DNA of 64,000 bases, from NCBI RefSeq assembly GCF_054482525.1, contig NZ_CM137006.1; one strand, given 5' to 3'. Below, one piece after another: positions 22,580 through 32,097 of this stretch (the stretch's first letter is position 1; every line of letters begins with the position of its first letter). A model generated the notes under the pieces. It saw only the letters and a program-made list of their open reading frames with translations. It had not been told where the DNA came from and did no database searches. The translations under genes were made by a program, and so were the position numbers.

Positions 22580-24313
22580 ATGTACATAGCAAAAATTAAA
22601 TTTACAAATTTCAAATCATTCAAAGAGATGTCTTTTGAGTGCAATGATAAATTCAACATAATTGTTGGTGAAAATAATATTGGTAAAAGCACATTATTTG
22701 AGGGGGTAAGTTTATGGAAATATGCTTATGACAACCTTATTCAAGAAAAAAACAAAAACAAATTCTACAAAGCTTCAACTAACTACTACATTACCTATTC
22801 TACACTCGATCAAATAAGACTTGTTGACGATATTGATATTTTTAACGACCCAAAGAATAGCTCCGCATCAATATGCATTACAATTAAAGATGAACAAAAT
22901 GAATTTGATTTAGAGATTAGATTTGAAAAGCCAGGGATTAAAAATTCATACTTACGGATATTTAATAGCAATGGTTCTGATAATGACACACAGTTTTCAA
23001 ACTTTGAACGATTCTCAAACTATATAAAAGAAAAGGATTGCACTCTAAAAGATGCCATTTACATTTACCAAACAAGACCAATATCAACTATTTTTAGAGA
23101 TGAGCCATTTTACAATAATGCGCAGATAGAGAAAAAAATAAATATTGGAAAGTCACATGATGTCTTAAGGAATAAAATATTAAAAACCGAAAATACTCAA
23201 GCCACAAGGGTTGCACAAAAATTTGAAAATCTTGAGATTCGCCTACAAAAAGTCCTTGGTGAAAACTATATCTTAAAATTTAAGAATAGAAATCGAATCG
23301 ATGATGAGTATGTTAAAATAACTGCAACAAAGGAAAACGGGAAAGAATTGGAAATATCACTTATGGGTAGTGGTTTTTTGCAAGTCTTAGAGATATTTTC
23401 AACAATTGAGTATATGGAAAAGAATTCAACCGGTATTAACCTCATTCTTATCGATGAGCCTGATTCACATATCCACTCAAATTTACAAGCAAATTTAATT
23501 GACGAACTAAAGCAACAAACAGCATGTCAAATTTTTGTCATAACACATAATGACAGACTAACATCAAAAGCTAATGAAGGTGAGCTTTTTTATCTAAATC
23601 AGATAGTTAAGGATCTTGGTTTATTGTCTCACCTTGAAATATCTGATTATTCAAAAGTTAAAGATGGTCTAGCTAATGTACTAACAGCTATAAATGATGG
23701 AGATGAAACACCCATTGTTATAACTGAAGGAAAAACGGACCAGAAAATTTTAACAACTGCTTGGGAAAAGCTAAACCCAGGAACTCCTATGCCTTTTAAA
23801 ATAATTTCATCCGGCATTCAAATTGAAGAGGAAAAAAGAACTGGGTGCGCAGAGGCAGTTAGAAGATCTTTAGAATACATTTCAACATTAACTGATAGAA
23901 CAATTATCGGTTTATTTGATAATGATCGGGAGGGAAATGAGCAGTTCAAAGGATTAAATCGTTCTATTTTTGAACCTCATGACCTGCAAAATAACTCCCG
24001 AAAACATCAGATAAAAAATATCTATGGGCTTATTCTTCCCGTTCCTGTGCATAGAGAACGTTTTGTACAAAACAATTCTTTAACGCAGCGTTACTTCGTA
24101 ATTGAACAATATTTCCAAGATGAAATATTACTACAGCATAACATGAAAGGTGAGTCAATATTAGGTACTGAGGTATTTTTTGTTAATGACTCAAGAAAGA
24201 ATGAGTTTTCAGAGTCAACCAATGACCTTCCGGTAGAATGCTTTGGGGATTTTAGTATTTTATTCGATAAAATTTCCGATTTATTGGCTAACAATAGACC
24301 AGAAAACACTTGA
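22580..24313 (+). CDS. OLD-family ATP-dependent endonuclease (ABC-type ATPase + C-terminal TOPRIM)
   Basis: Walker A GENNIGKST, Walker B/H-loop LILIDEPDSHIH, TOPRIM glutamate IVITEGKTD and DxD motif FDNDREG; 577 aa; strongly AT-rich codon usage. Confidence 0.7.
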   Translation: MYIAKIKFTNFKSFKEMSFECNDKFNIIVGENNIGKSTLFEGVSLWKYAYDNLIQEKNKNKFYKASTNYYITYSTLDQIRLVDDIDIFNDPKNSSASICITIKDEQNEFDLEIRFEKPGIKNSYLRIFNSNGSDNDTQFSNFERFSNYIKEKDCTLKDAIYIYQTRPISTIFRDEPFYNNAQIEKKINIGKSHDVLRNKILKTENTQATRVAQKFENLEIRLQKVLGENYILKFKNRNRIDDEYVKITATKENGKELEISLMGSGFLQVLEIFSTIEYMEKNSTGINLILIDEPDSHIHSNLQANLIDELKQQTACQIFVITHNDRLTSKANEGELFYLNQIVKDLGLLSHLEISDYSKVKDGLANVLTAINDGDETPIVITEGKTDQKILTTAWEKLNPGTPMPFKIISSGIQIEEEKRTGCAEAVRRSLEYISTLTDRTIIGLFDNDREGNEQFKGLNRSIFEPHDLQNNSRKHQIKNIYGLILPVPVHRERFVQNNSLTQRYFVIEQYFQDEILLQHNMKGESILGTEVFFVNDSRKNEFSESTNDLPVECFGDFSILFDKISDLLANNRPENT

Positions 24314-25088
24314 TACTGTACTGCATTTTCCATATCGAGCTAAAACGGACCATTCGCTTTTAAAGTGATTACGGCATACGGGACAGATTTTCCTTAAAGC
24401 AAACGTCTCCTTCACGCCCTGAGACATTCGACATTAAGTAAGAACGGGGGTGCGCCTCGAGTGCCAGCAAATATTTTGCTTCGTCGTAGCGGGTTCTGGT
24501 CATCCAGCAGCTGTAAATGATCCTTATCCATTTATACGCCAGAGCCCAAATGGCTGATTGATGCGATTTTCCTTTTCTTCGCAGCTCTTACTAATAAAGT
24601 CTGGCCCAGAATGATGAGTTAATCGTCTTTGCAGCCCATTCCACGAATGTCTGTCGGACGAGCTCCGCACATTGCCAACATCAGTGTACCCAAGATTTCT
24701 GGCCGCTTTGTTCTGTCACCGGAAAAATACCTGCGTAGTTTTGAATTTCTTCAGCGCAGTTTAACTGGTCACGGTTACTTGAAGAAAGAAACTGACCACT
24801 GCGCTCGTCGTTCGGAAGTGCCAGGGCTATCGGTGGATATTAAGGGAAACCTGACAGCCGGAGGTAATCAGGGTTATTAATGCCGTCAGTGTGGGCCCCG
24901 CTACCAGTGAAACACTAATGTATTGATTAAGTTTCATATTCTTCCTTAATGAAAATAAGCATGTTTTCTTTTGCTAAATCAGTCGTCGTTGGCGATGAAA
25001 CCGGCTCACACATCACGCGATTGTTAAATGAAAAAGCCCCTATTGCGTGAGCAACAGGGGCTATATTTATTTTGTGTCTATAGAGGCA

Positions 25089-25499
25089 TCAGTAACCAGT
25101 TTTAACCTTGTACATCAATAGTGTTTTACTGCCCCGGACAATTTTCACATACAGGGCATTATCTTTCGTGCCTCGCACAAAACCGGCCTGCACATCGCCC
25201 TTACAGTCACCACCGTCGTAAGGAATATTGACACCTGTCTGACGCACCAGATCAATAACCCCGAAGCTTAAGTCCTCACAGGCCGGGCCCGGCAGGTCCT
25301 GAATCAGGGCAAATTTATGGTCGTCGCTGACACCGGTCAGTGAGCACATGGAGGTATTGATGTCGTTTCCCTGGCACCAGTACTCCTGACCGGGATTATC
25401 TTTATCCATCAGACTTGCCGGAAGCTGAGCGGCACCGGCACTGAAGGCGGCAAGTGACAGAATGAGGGCGGGTACAGCAGAGGTCATTATTTTCAGCAT
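25089..25499 (-). CDS. Hypothetical secreted Cys-containing protein
   Basis: Signal peptide MLKIMTSAVPALILSLAAFSAGAA; 136 aa. Confidence 0.5.
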   Translation of the reverse strand: MLKIMTSAVPALILSLAAFSAGAAQLPASLMDKDNPGQEYWCQGNDINTSMCSLTGVSDDHKFALIQDLPGPACEDLSFGVIDLVRQTGVNIPYDGGDCKGDVQAGFVRGTKDNALYVKIVRGSKTLLMYKVKTGY

Positions 25500-25565
25500 G
25501 GTTTTCTTCCTGAATTAATCCAGCCCGCTGTCGGGCAAAATGAGGGAGGTTGGTATCGGGTATTA

Positions 25566-26003
25566 TCAGAAGCGCCGGTAGCGAAACAGCTCTTTGCCCT
25601 GGTAAAGTGCCACCAGGTCGTCATATTCCGGCTTCTTCTGGTTGGGCTTAAAGGTCACTACCGTGCCCGGACGGCACAGATCTTTTACGGTGAGACCGAA
25701 TTTCCTATCCGGAGTAATGGTGAATCCCTTCGACACATCGTTGTGCATGATAGTTATCCAGCCCCACAGGCCGCCTTCGCAGTCCTTAAAGGGTGCTGAA
25801 CGAACTGTTACCATCCCACCCAGGCGGTCAACAGACATGGCTTCACATTTTCCGGTAACCTGTCGATGCGCATCACACCAGAAAATATTCCCGTTGTTGT
25901 CATTGACGACTGCAGGTAGCGTTCGGTTATAAGGCTGAGCCTGAGCGCCCACACAGAGCAGAAGGCTGCCGGTAATACCCAGTACTTTAATCAGTGTTTT
26001 CAT
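25566..26003 (-). CDS. Hypothetical secreted Cys-containing protein (possible paralog of 25089..25499)
   Basis: Start trimmed to MKTLIKVLGITGSLLLCVGAQA signal peptide; similar size and Cys/Trp spacing to the neighbour. Confidence 0.5.
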   Translation of the reverse strand: MKTLIKVLGITGSLLLCVGAQAQPYNRTLPAVVNDNNGNIFWCDAHRQVTGKCEAMSVDRLGGMVTVRSAPFKDCEGGLWGWITIMHNDVSKGFTITPDRKFGLTVKDLCRPGTVVTFKPNQKKPEYDDLVALYQGKELFRYRRF

Positions 26004-26044
26004 TACGTTGGTCCTTAACAGAGAAAGAATCAGGTAGCAGTCAT

Positions 26045-26581
26045 TCAGGCCCAGACGGTCAGGCCCAGCATCAAAAGCCATACCCAGAAGTAAGCCGGTT
26101 TCTGACCGAGAGTTTTCGCCCGCCGCCACAAATAGAACGGCACCAGCCAGGCCAGTTTGCCGAACGTGGTAGTGTCCACTCCGGCCTTACGAAGGCGTCG
26201 TTCATCGAGATACCCCAGAGCGATATTGAGCAGCAGCGTGATAAACCAGTACTGCCCACCCGAGACGGCATCATATGCCTCGTCAAATGACATCCCGCTC
26301 AATCCTGCAGTCCACAACTCCAGCGCGTAGCCAATGAAGGGAGCAAATGCAAGCGTCCACACAACGCCACCCGGAATGCGGTTCCCCGTCAGCGCTGGCG
26401 GTGTGGTGCTGTGGAGCAGCGCCGAAGCCAGCGGGGTGGCGGAGACCGGTTGCCAGTCCGGCATGCCCTGTCGCCACACCAGCGTGGCAGCGGTGAGTTC
26501 ACCGCGCTTAATCAGGTTAGTGATGTCGTCTTCGGTCACATTGTCGTGACGTATGCCATTTTTCTCGTAATGCCAGGTCAT
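26045..26581 (-). CDS. Membrane protein with N-terminal DUF4339/GYF-like domain
   Basis: N-terminus WHYEKNGIRHDNVTEDDITNLIKRGELTAATLVWRQGMPDWQPV followed by hydrophobic helices. Confidence 0.5.
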   Translation of the reverse strand: MTWHYEKNGIRHDNVTEDDITNLIKRGELTAATLVWRQGMPDWQPVSATPLASALLHSTTPPALTGNRIPGGVVWTLAFAPFIGYALELWTAGLSGMSFDEAYDAVSGGQYWFITLLLNIALGYLDERRLRKAGVDTTTFGKLAWLVPFYLWRRAKTLGQKPAYFWVWLLMLGLTVWA

Positions 26582-26606
26582 TGTTTTTCCTTCTTAACAG
26601 AGGTAA

Positions 26607-27317
26607 TTAAATCAGTGTATTGCCATGCTCCTCCTCAGAGGGCCCATGAGACAGGACTTCGCGAATACAGCTGAAGTGCGGAAGAGCCCGAATAAAGCCC
26701 GCCTGTGTGGTTAACTGGCTGAGACGTTTTCGCGGGGTAAAAGTGGTGTTCAGGACTGTCACCGCATGGATGGTCGCCAGAGGGTGCACAGTGATATGCC
26801 CGTTAAGTTCACCGGTGAGGTACCAGCAGCCGTCGAGTGATATCAGGCGGTACGGAGCCAGCCCGTCACAGCGCTCTCCCTCGGCCAGCAGCAGTACCCG
26901 CTGGCAGGCGGTAATGGCACTGACGAGACGGTAGAACACCAGTGAGATGGTCGGTGACACAGACTGTGGCGGCTGCCATACCAGACACGGCATCCCTCCC
27001 GCAGTGAGCAACATGCCCGCCAGACGCCGGTCCAGCCCCGGAAAAATATCGGCCAGTCCGGCCCGGTGTGCGAAGGTCAGCGCATCAAGCTCCCCCTGTA
27101 CGCCCCCACCGGTGCTGCGCAGGCGGCATTGCCCCCGTCGATACTCAAGGTCGAGGTACATCAGCCGTTCGCGAAAATCCCGTCGCAGGGTACGGACTGA
27201 CACACCAAACTCTGCAGCCAGCCGCGCCATGTTCAGCGTTTCACCGGCAACCAGGCGGCTGATTATCAGTGACAGCCTGACAGCCAGCCGGTCATGACGG
27301 CGATCTGCCTGTGTCAT
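26607..27317 (-). CDS. HTH + WYL-domain transcriptional regulator
   Basis: N-terminal HTH (LNMARLAAEFGVSVRTLRRDF) and WYL motif (LISLDGCWYLTGE). Confidence 0.7.
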   Translation of the reverse strand: MTQADRRHDRLAVRLSLIISRLVAGETLNMARLAAEFGVSVRTLRRDFRERLMYLDLEYRRGQCRLRSTGGGVQGELDALTFAHRAGLADIFPGLDRRLAGMLLTAGGMPCLVWQPPQSVSPTISLVFYRLVSAITACQRVLLLAEGERCDGLAPYRLISLDGCWYLTGELNGHITVHPLATIHAVTVLNTTFTPRKRLSQLTTQAGFIRALPHFSCIREVLSHGPSEEEHGNTLI

Positions 27318-27525
27318 CTTAAATCTCCGTAATAATTAACTGACTGAATATGAAATGATTCTAAAGAGGGGGGCGGACAGGGTATGGACACGGAATGAAC
27401 TATTTTTTATCTGCCACCGGAAGCAGGTCTGACGCGGTGCTCCGTGAAATACGATGAAAAAACACCCAATCAAATGGAGGTAAAACGGACAGGGAGTGTC
27501 CTTTCCCAACATACTGATAACAAGC

Positions 27526-28365
27526 TCAGGACTGAAATCCACTCAACATCGCTTCTGCCATCACCCAGAGAGCCCGGTTGAGCTTCACATCTCCGTCGAT
27601 ACCACGCACGGCGCGGGTATGCGTTCGCCCGCCTTTCGCACTCCGACCACTGAGCCCGCCCTTAATCAGGTTCTCCTGAATACGCTGATATGTGGTCCAC
27701 AGATCATTGCTCTCATCCTGCCAGCGGCGTGGGGAGAGTATCTGAGGTGCTGTCACTGGCTGGTGGTCCTCACCGAAACGGTACGTCAGTGCAGCCTGTG
27801 CCAGAGCCTGTTGTGCAGGTGGCGGCAGCATCAGCGACTGCATGGCATCCCGCTTCTCTTCCACACGGTCAAAAATACCCAGTACTTCATACGCCCCCTC
27901 AATCACCTGACTCACAACATCTCCTTTGTGCGGCACACGCACCTCGCCAAACGACTCACCGCAGACAAGCCCGTTCTGGCATACCGCGCGGAATAATCCC
28001 GGCAGCATCTGATACGAGCTGGTGCCGTCATGAGAGTTGAGCAGAATGATTTCCGGGACTTGCTTGCCGGTAATTTGCCCCTCCCGACGCAGGCGCAGCA
28101 TGTGCTTTGTGTGGTCGCGGCGACCTGGGTCACGCACTCTGGTCTGACAGGCAAAGAAGGGCTGAAAGCCTTCGCGCTGCAGACTGTCGAGGAGAGAAAT
28201 CGTGGGTATATATGTGTACCGTTCACTGCGAGATTCGTGTTTGTCCTCGCTGAAAACACTGGGCACTACACGAAATAGCTCTTCGCGGGTTAACGGACGG
28301 TCACGACGGATAAGATTTGATGCGCCAAAGCGCGAAGCCAGACGGGTCATAAGCAGACTCCTCAT
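27526..28365 (-). CDS. DUF932-family protein (YfjQ/YafZ-like)
   Basis: 279 aa; resembles the CP4-type prophage proteins YfjQ/YafZ; sits next to the YfjP-like GTPase as in CP4-57. Confidence 0.55.
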   Translation of the reverse strand: MRSLLMTRLASRFGASNLIRRDRPLTREELFRVVPSVFSEDKHESRSERYTYIPTISLLDSLQREGFQPFFACQTRVRDPGRRDHTKHMLRLRREGQITGKQVPEIILLNSHDGTSSYQMLPGLFRAVCQNGLVCGESFGEVRVPHKGDVVSQVIEGAYEVLGIFDRVEEKRDAMQSLMLPPPAQQALAQAALTYRFGEDHQPVTAPQILSPRRWQDESNDLWTTYQRIQENLIKGGLSGRSAKGGRTHTRAVRGIDGDVKLNRALWVMAEAMLSGFQS

Positions 28366-28445
28366 GATGGGAAAATAAAGACAGAAAAGCCCTACCGCTC
28401 AATCGCGGCAGGGCTCAGGAAACTACGGGTTAGAAGGGTTAATGT

Positions 28446-29309
28446 TCAGAAGAAGAAGTTCCAGACTGCACGAGCGACCGATACCACGATGTCGCGTACA
28501 GACTGGATGACAGTCCGAACCGGGGACGGTATCAGGGGCATGGAACTTACTGTATCCAGTACCGAGCCGACCGTTTCACCAAAATCGTCGCGGGCTTTTT
28601 TATTAATGGCATCGGTACGAAGTGGATCACTAAGCTGTACCGCCACCGGACTACTGGCCTCCCGCGGCAGGCAATGAATCATCCGTTCAGCCATTACCCG
28701 CAGCCCCCATTGCAAACGTACCGACACCGCACAGACAGGGTTAACAGGTTGGAACAACTCATGCAGTAGACAGATTTTGCGGCTGATATTTTGTTTCTGC
28801 TCTGTAGACAGCTTTTCACCACCGCTGGTGGGTTCAACCTTGTCGGACTGACTGATAACAAACAACACCTTATGCCGGTATGCTTCACCAATCACCTGCA
28901 GGTAAAAATGTTCATCCACCGCTAGTGCTCGATCATCGGCCTTAATCAGCCACAGTACCAGATCGAGTTGCGTCAGTTGCTGGCGATACATCGCAGCATA
29001 TTCCGCATCACGACTTTTGCTTTCACCGACACCGGGCAGATCTACTATGGTCATAAAGCGTTCGCCAACTTGCAGGCGAAAGCGCAAAGGTTCGCGTGTG
29101 CAGGCGCTCACATCGCTGACCGGAGAGATTTTTCCGGCAAACAGCGCATTACAGAGTGATGATTTACCCGACCCGGTTTTCCCCATAATGCCGATCACCG
29201 GCTCATAGTGAGTAAGCTGGTTTACCTGTTGCAGAATACGCTCTGATGCCCACTGCGGCAGGCCAGAAAGCGATTGCTGCAGCGACTGCAAACCTTCAGA
29301 TTTTTTCAT
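28446..29309 (-). CDS. GTPase, YfjP/YkfA/YeeP family
   Basis: P-loop GIMGKTGSGKSSLCNALF, DLPG switch motif; start trimmed to MKKSEGL. Confidence 0.75.
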   Translation of the reverse strand: MKKSEGLQSLQQSLSGLPQWASERILQQVNQLTHYEPVIGIMGKTGSGKSSLCNALFAGKISPVSDVSACTREPLRFRLQVGERFMTIVDLPGVGESKSRDAEYAAMYRQQLTQLDLVLWLIKADDRALAVDEHFYLQVIGEAYRHKVLFVISQSDKVEPTSGGEKLSTEQKQNISRKICLLHELFQPVNPVCAVSVRLQWGLRVMAERMIHCLPREASSPVAVQLSDPLRTDAINKKARDDFGETVGSVLDTVSSMPLIPSPVRTVIQSVRDIVVSVARAVWNFFF

Positions 29310-29431
29310 CACGGTTCCTCTGAAATAAAAAAAACGGCAGAACAATGGAGTTCAGCCGTTAATGAGGTATGTTCAGGGTAATGATATATATCTGTTTCTT
29401 TTTCAGATAAACCCGCGCAATCGATTAGAGA

Positions 29432-30490
29432 TCAGGAATGCGCCCTGACTTTTTCTGTTTTTACCATTAATCCGGCATACTCACGTTCAATAAGTGAGGA
29501 CATTAAATCTGACTCAGACTCACCATATATTTCTGACAGTCTGGCGAGTTTCTTTTTAGTTCTGGCTGAAATTTTTATTGTCATATCGTTCTCTTTAGAC
29601 TGTCTGCGAAACAGTTTCTGATCCCAGGCTTTTTGCAGTTCACCCATCAGGACTGCTTTATGTCGCAGGGGAGAGCGCGGAAGCGTCAGTAAATCAGCGA
29701 AGTTCTGACTCATTTTTTTTCGATTTCCCTTTAAATAACTCAGTTGCTCATGAGTCCAGCCCTCCCACTGATCAAAAGTAGCACAAATAAAAAGCCAGCG
29801 TTGATAGTTATTCAGCGGATTTATCGGAGGGCAAACCGCCTTCTTTTTCATCAGGTTCCATACCCACAAGCACTGTTTTTCATCATTGATATCCAGCCAT
29901 GAAAAAGCTTCAGGAAAGTCACCACAGGCCTGTCCCCATGCAGTATTTATTGCTTTTATTAGCTTGCGCCGGGTTTCAGTTTCTGCATCACAGAGTTCTC
30001 TTAATACACACTCAAAAACATCATCAACTCCAGTTGCCATTTCCCTCATGAATGGTGAGTAAATCCCATTGGCGTAATAAAAATCTGGCGGCATCATCTT
30101 TTTTGGAGTGGACATTTTACCCAGGGTTGATTTTTCAGAAGCTGATTCAAGGTTTGTGTTTAATATGTTTTCTAACAGCTCATCACCTTCATAACCCTTA
30201 CCTTCATTTGTTTGATTAAAATTAAATTCTGGCATCATTCCTGGAAGTGTTGCTGCTTTATTTTTTTCAATACTTAGCTCAATTGACTCCGTCCCCAGAG
30301 CCCTAGCAGATATCTGACTGGGTTCGTCTATATGATCCTGGCGAACAACTGCTGACCTCCACTCACTCAGAAAACGAGCAATATAGAAAAAATAGAAACA
30401 TGCGGCACGGGGATTTTTATCAAGCCACCTCAGCTTCTTTTTTAATAACTTGTATTTTTCTTGAGCGCCCAGCGCCTTCTCTTTGCTCAT
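29432..30490 (-). CDS. Hypothetical protein with C-terminal ribbon-helix-helix-like segment
   Basis: 352 aa; C-terminus MTIKISARTKKKLARLSEIYGESESDLMSSLIEREY looks like a CopG/RHH fold; no other recognisable motif. Confidence 0.45.
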   Translation of the reverse strand: MSKEKALGAQEKYKLLKKKLRWLDKNPRAACFYFFYIARFLSEWRSAVVRQDHIDEPSQISARALGTESIELSIEKNKAATLPGMMPEFNFNQTNEGKGYEGDELLENILNTNLESASEKSTLGKMSTPKKMMPPDFYYANGIYSPFMREMATGVDDVFECVLRELCDAETETRRKLIKAINTAWGQACGDFPEAFSWLDINDEKQCLWVWNLMKKKAVCPPINPLNNYQRWLFICATFDQWEGWTHEQLSYLKGNRKKMSQNFADLLTLPRSPLRHKAVLMGELQKAWDQKLFRRQSKENDMTIKISARTKKKLARLSEIYGESESDLMSSLIEREYAGLMVKTEKVRAHS

Positions 30491-31466
30491 TATTCACCCA
30501 GATTCAGTTTCCATTAATGATGTCATTATGATGTAAAACCATAGGCAATCAACAGGAAAAAATGTAATTTCAAGAGTGAGTAATGATGAATCAATGTATT
30601 TTTTTCGTAGTAGATTCGTAGTAAGATATCGCGTGGCAAAACACTAATTATCAACAGGTTGTAAGTGCTCCCTTCCTCAGACTACCATTACCAATATGGG
30701 ACTGCAGTATGAAGACCCTGGCATGTGAAGTTAAACAACAACGACATGACATTCGTGATGTTGCCATGCGTTGGGGAGTGCAAATCAAACGACCTGCGTC
30801 ATTCCTTCATCAGGATTTCTGCTACCCTGATAGGGTCAGCACCTCCGCACACTTCGTGACAATCGCAACATCAGATGACACCCGATGCGATTGCTGATAT
30901 CGCATTCGTGTTGTTTTCGATAATTAAGGTTAATTAATAATATAGTGCATAGTGCCTGCCCTTTCTCATCCATGCCCCATTTTACCCTTGGACCGTGTTT
31001 CAACATATTTACATTCAGTACCTGTTTCTCCACGCGCTATCTTCCCTGCAAAAAAAAACAGTACCAGGCAATCCTTTGAGCAAAAACCAAAGGATTACTG
31101 AAATACAAAAACACTACCCATCTTTCCAGAATATTATCCCTGATGATTGCCTTCTCAACATGATTAATCACCACCTTAATCAGATGCTGGAACGTTACTC
31201 AAAGATTCTGGCTTTTCGCATGGACTTCAGTTACCGGAAAGGAATCAATAGGTATATCCGTAATTCCGCCCTTGAAATATAGGATGTTCTTCGCGAGTTA
31301 ATGCCATCCATTTTAACCAAAGATGCGTCTGTGGCTGTTTTTGGGCGTTAGAATGGACAAGAGAAGGTGCAGTGCACTCACATGCCATTTTTTATATCAA
31401 TGGACAAAATCATAAGAAATCATTCCCTTTTGTACTGGAGGCAAAAAGCATGTGGTTAAAAATCTC

Positions 31467-31490
31467 GAAGGAAGAAGGAAGAAGGAAGAA
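31467..31490. repeat. Tandem hexamer repeat (gaagga x4)
   Basis: gaaggaagaaggaagaaggaagaa read directly, in the non-coding region upstream of alpA. Confidence 0.6.
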
Positions 31491-31783
31491 TAAAATGGTG
31501 TCCGGCGGATAGTTATCACAGGGATACTATAAACAGAATAGTGGAATAAAAAAATGAGGTTGATGTGCAGAGTTTGAGACGGATAGCCAGCTATCAGACA
31601 AAAGAAGACCAGAAATATGGATTACCAATATGGGGATACAACGAAATTAATTTGCCCGCCAGACAGGGCAGACCGAGGAAGTTTAGTTAGTTTTTTACAG
31701 CAGCACCGGTTGCTATGCCGGAGTGGGTAGTAGTAATTCATCACTGGACTCCGGTACTTATTTAGCTACCGGAGAATCAAATC

Positions 31784-31996
31784 ATGACCAGTAAACCTTC
31801 CTTGTCCGAAGACCAGTTCGTTGATATGGCTTTTATCACCCGCCTGCTGGGGGTCAGCGATAAATGGATTTACCGACTCATTAAGGATGGCATATTTCCA
31901 AAACCCATCAAACTGGGACGAAGCTCCCGCTGGTTACAAAGCGAAGTCGAAGCCTGGCTGCAGGCCCGTATTGATGCATCCCGCCCTCAACACTAA
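31784..31996 (+). CDS. alpA: AlpA-family phage regulatory protein / excisionase-like
   Basis: 70 aa; VDMAFITRLLGVSDKWIYRLIKDGIFPKPIKLGRSSRW is the classic AlpA HTH. Confidence 0.8.
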   Translation: MTSKPSLSEDQFVDMAFITRLLGVSDKWIYRLIKDGIFPKPIKLGRSSRWLQSEVEAWLQARIDASRPQH

Positions 31997-32097
31997 ACCC
32001 TTTCCCGTTCGTTAACAAACAAGTGCGCCATCTCATATCCGCTCCTTGCGGAGGCTTACGTCTGCATGTCAGTTACTCATTAAAGGAATATCAGAAA

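Noticed and set aside
22580-24313. Gabija (GajA/GajB) assignment for the OLD-family gene
   Set aside because: No UvrD-like helicase gene follows the ATPase-TOPRIM gene; the downstream 775 bp is non-coding.
24629-24880. 83-aa plus-strand ORF in the gap after the OLD gene
   Set aside because: No ribosome-binding site, no domain similarity, and lies in a region that looks like decayed sequence.
27496-27996. 166-aa plus-strand ORF antisense to the DUF932 gene
   Set aside because: Shadow ORF; the minus-strand DUF932 reading is the one with family support.
29432-30490. RnlA toxin assignment for the 352-aa ORF upstream of the YfjP-like GTPase
   Set aside because: Position is analogous to rnlA in CP4-57, but the sequence does not resemble RnlA as recalled and there is no separate RnlB-like partner.
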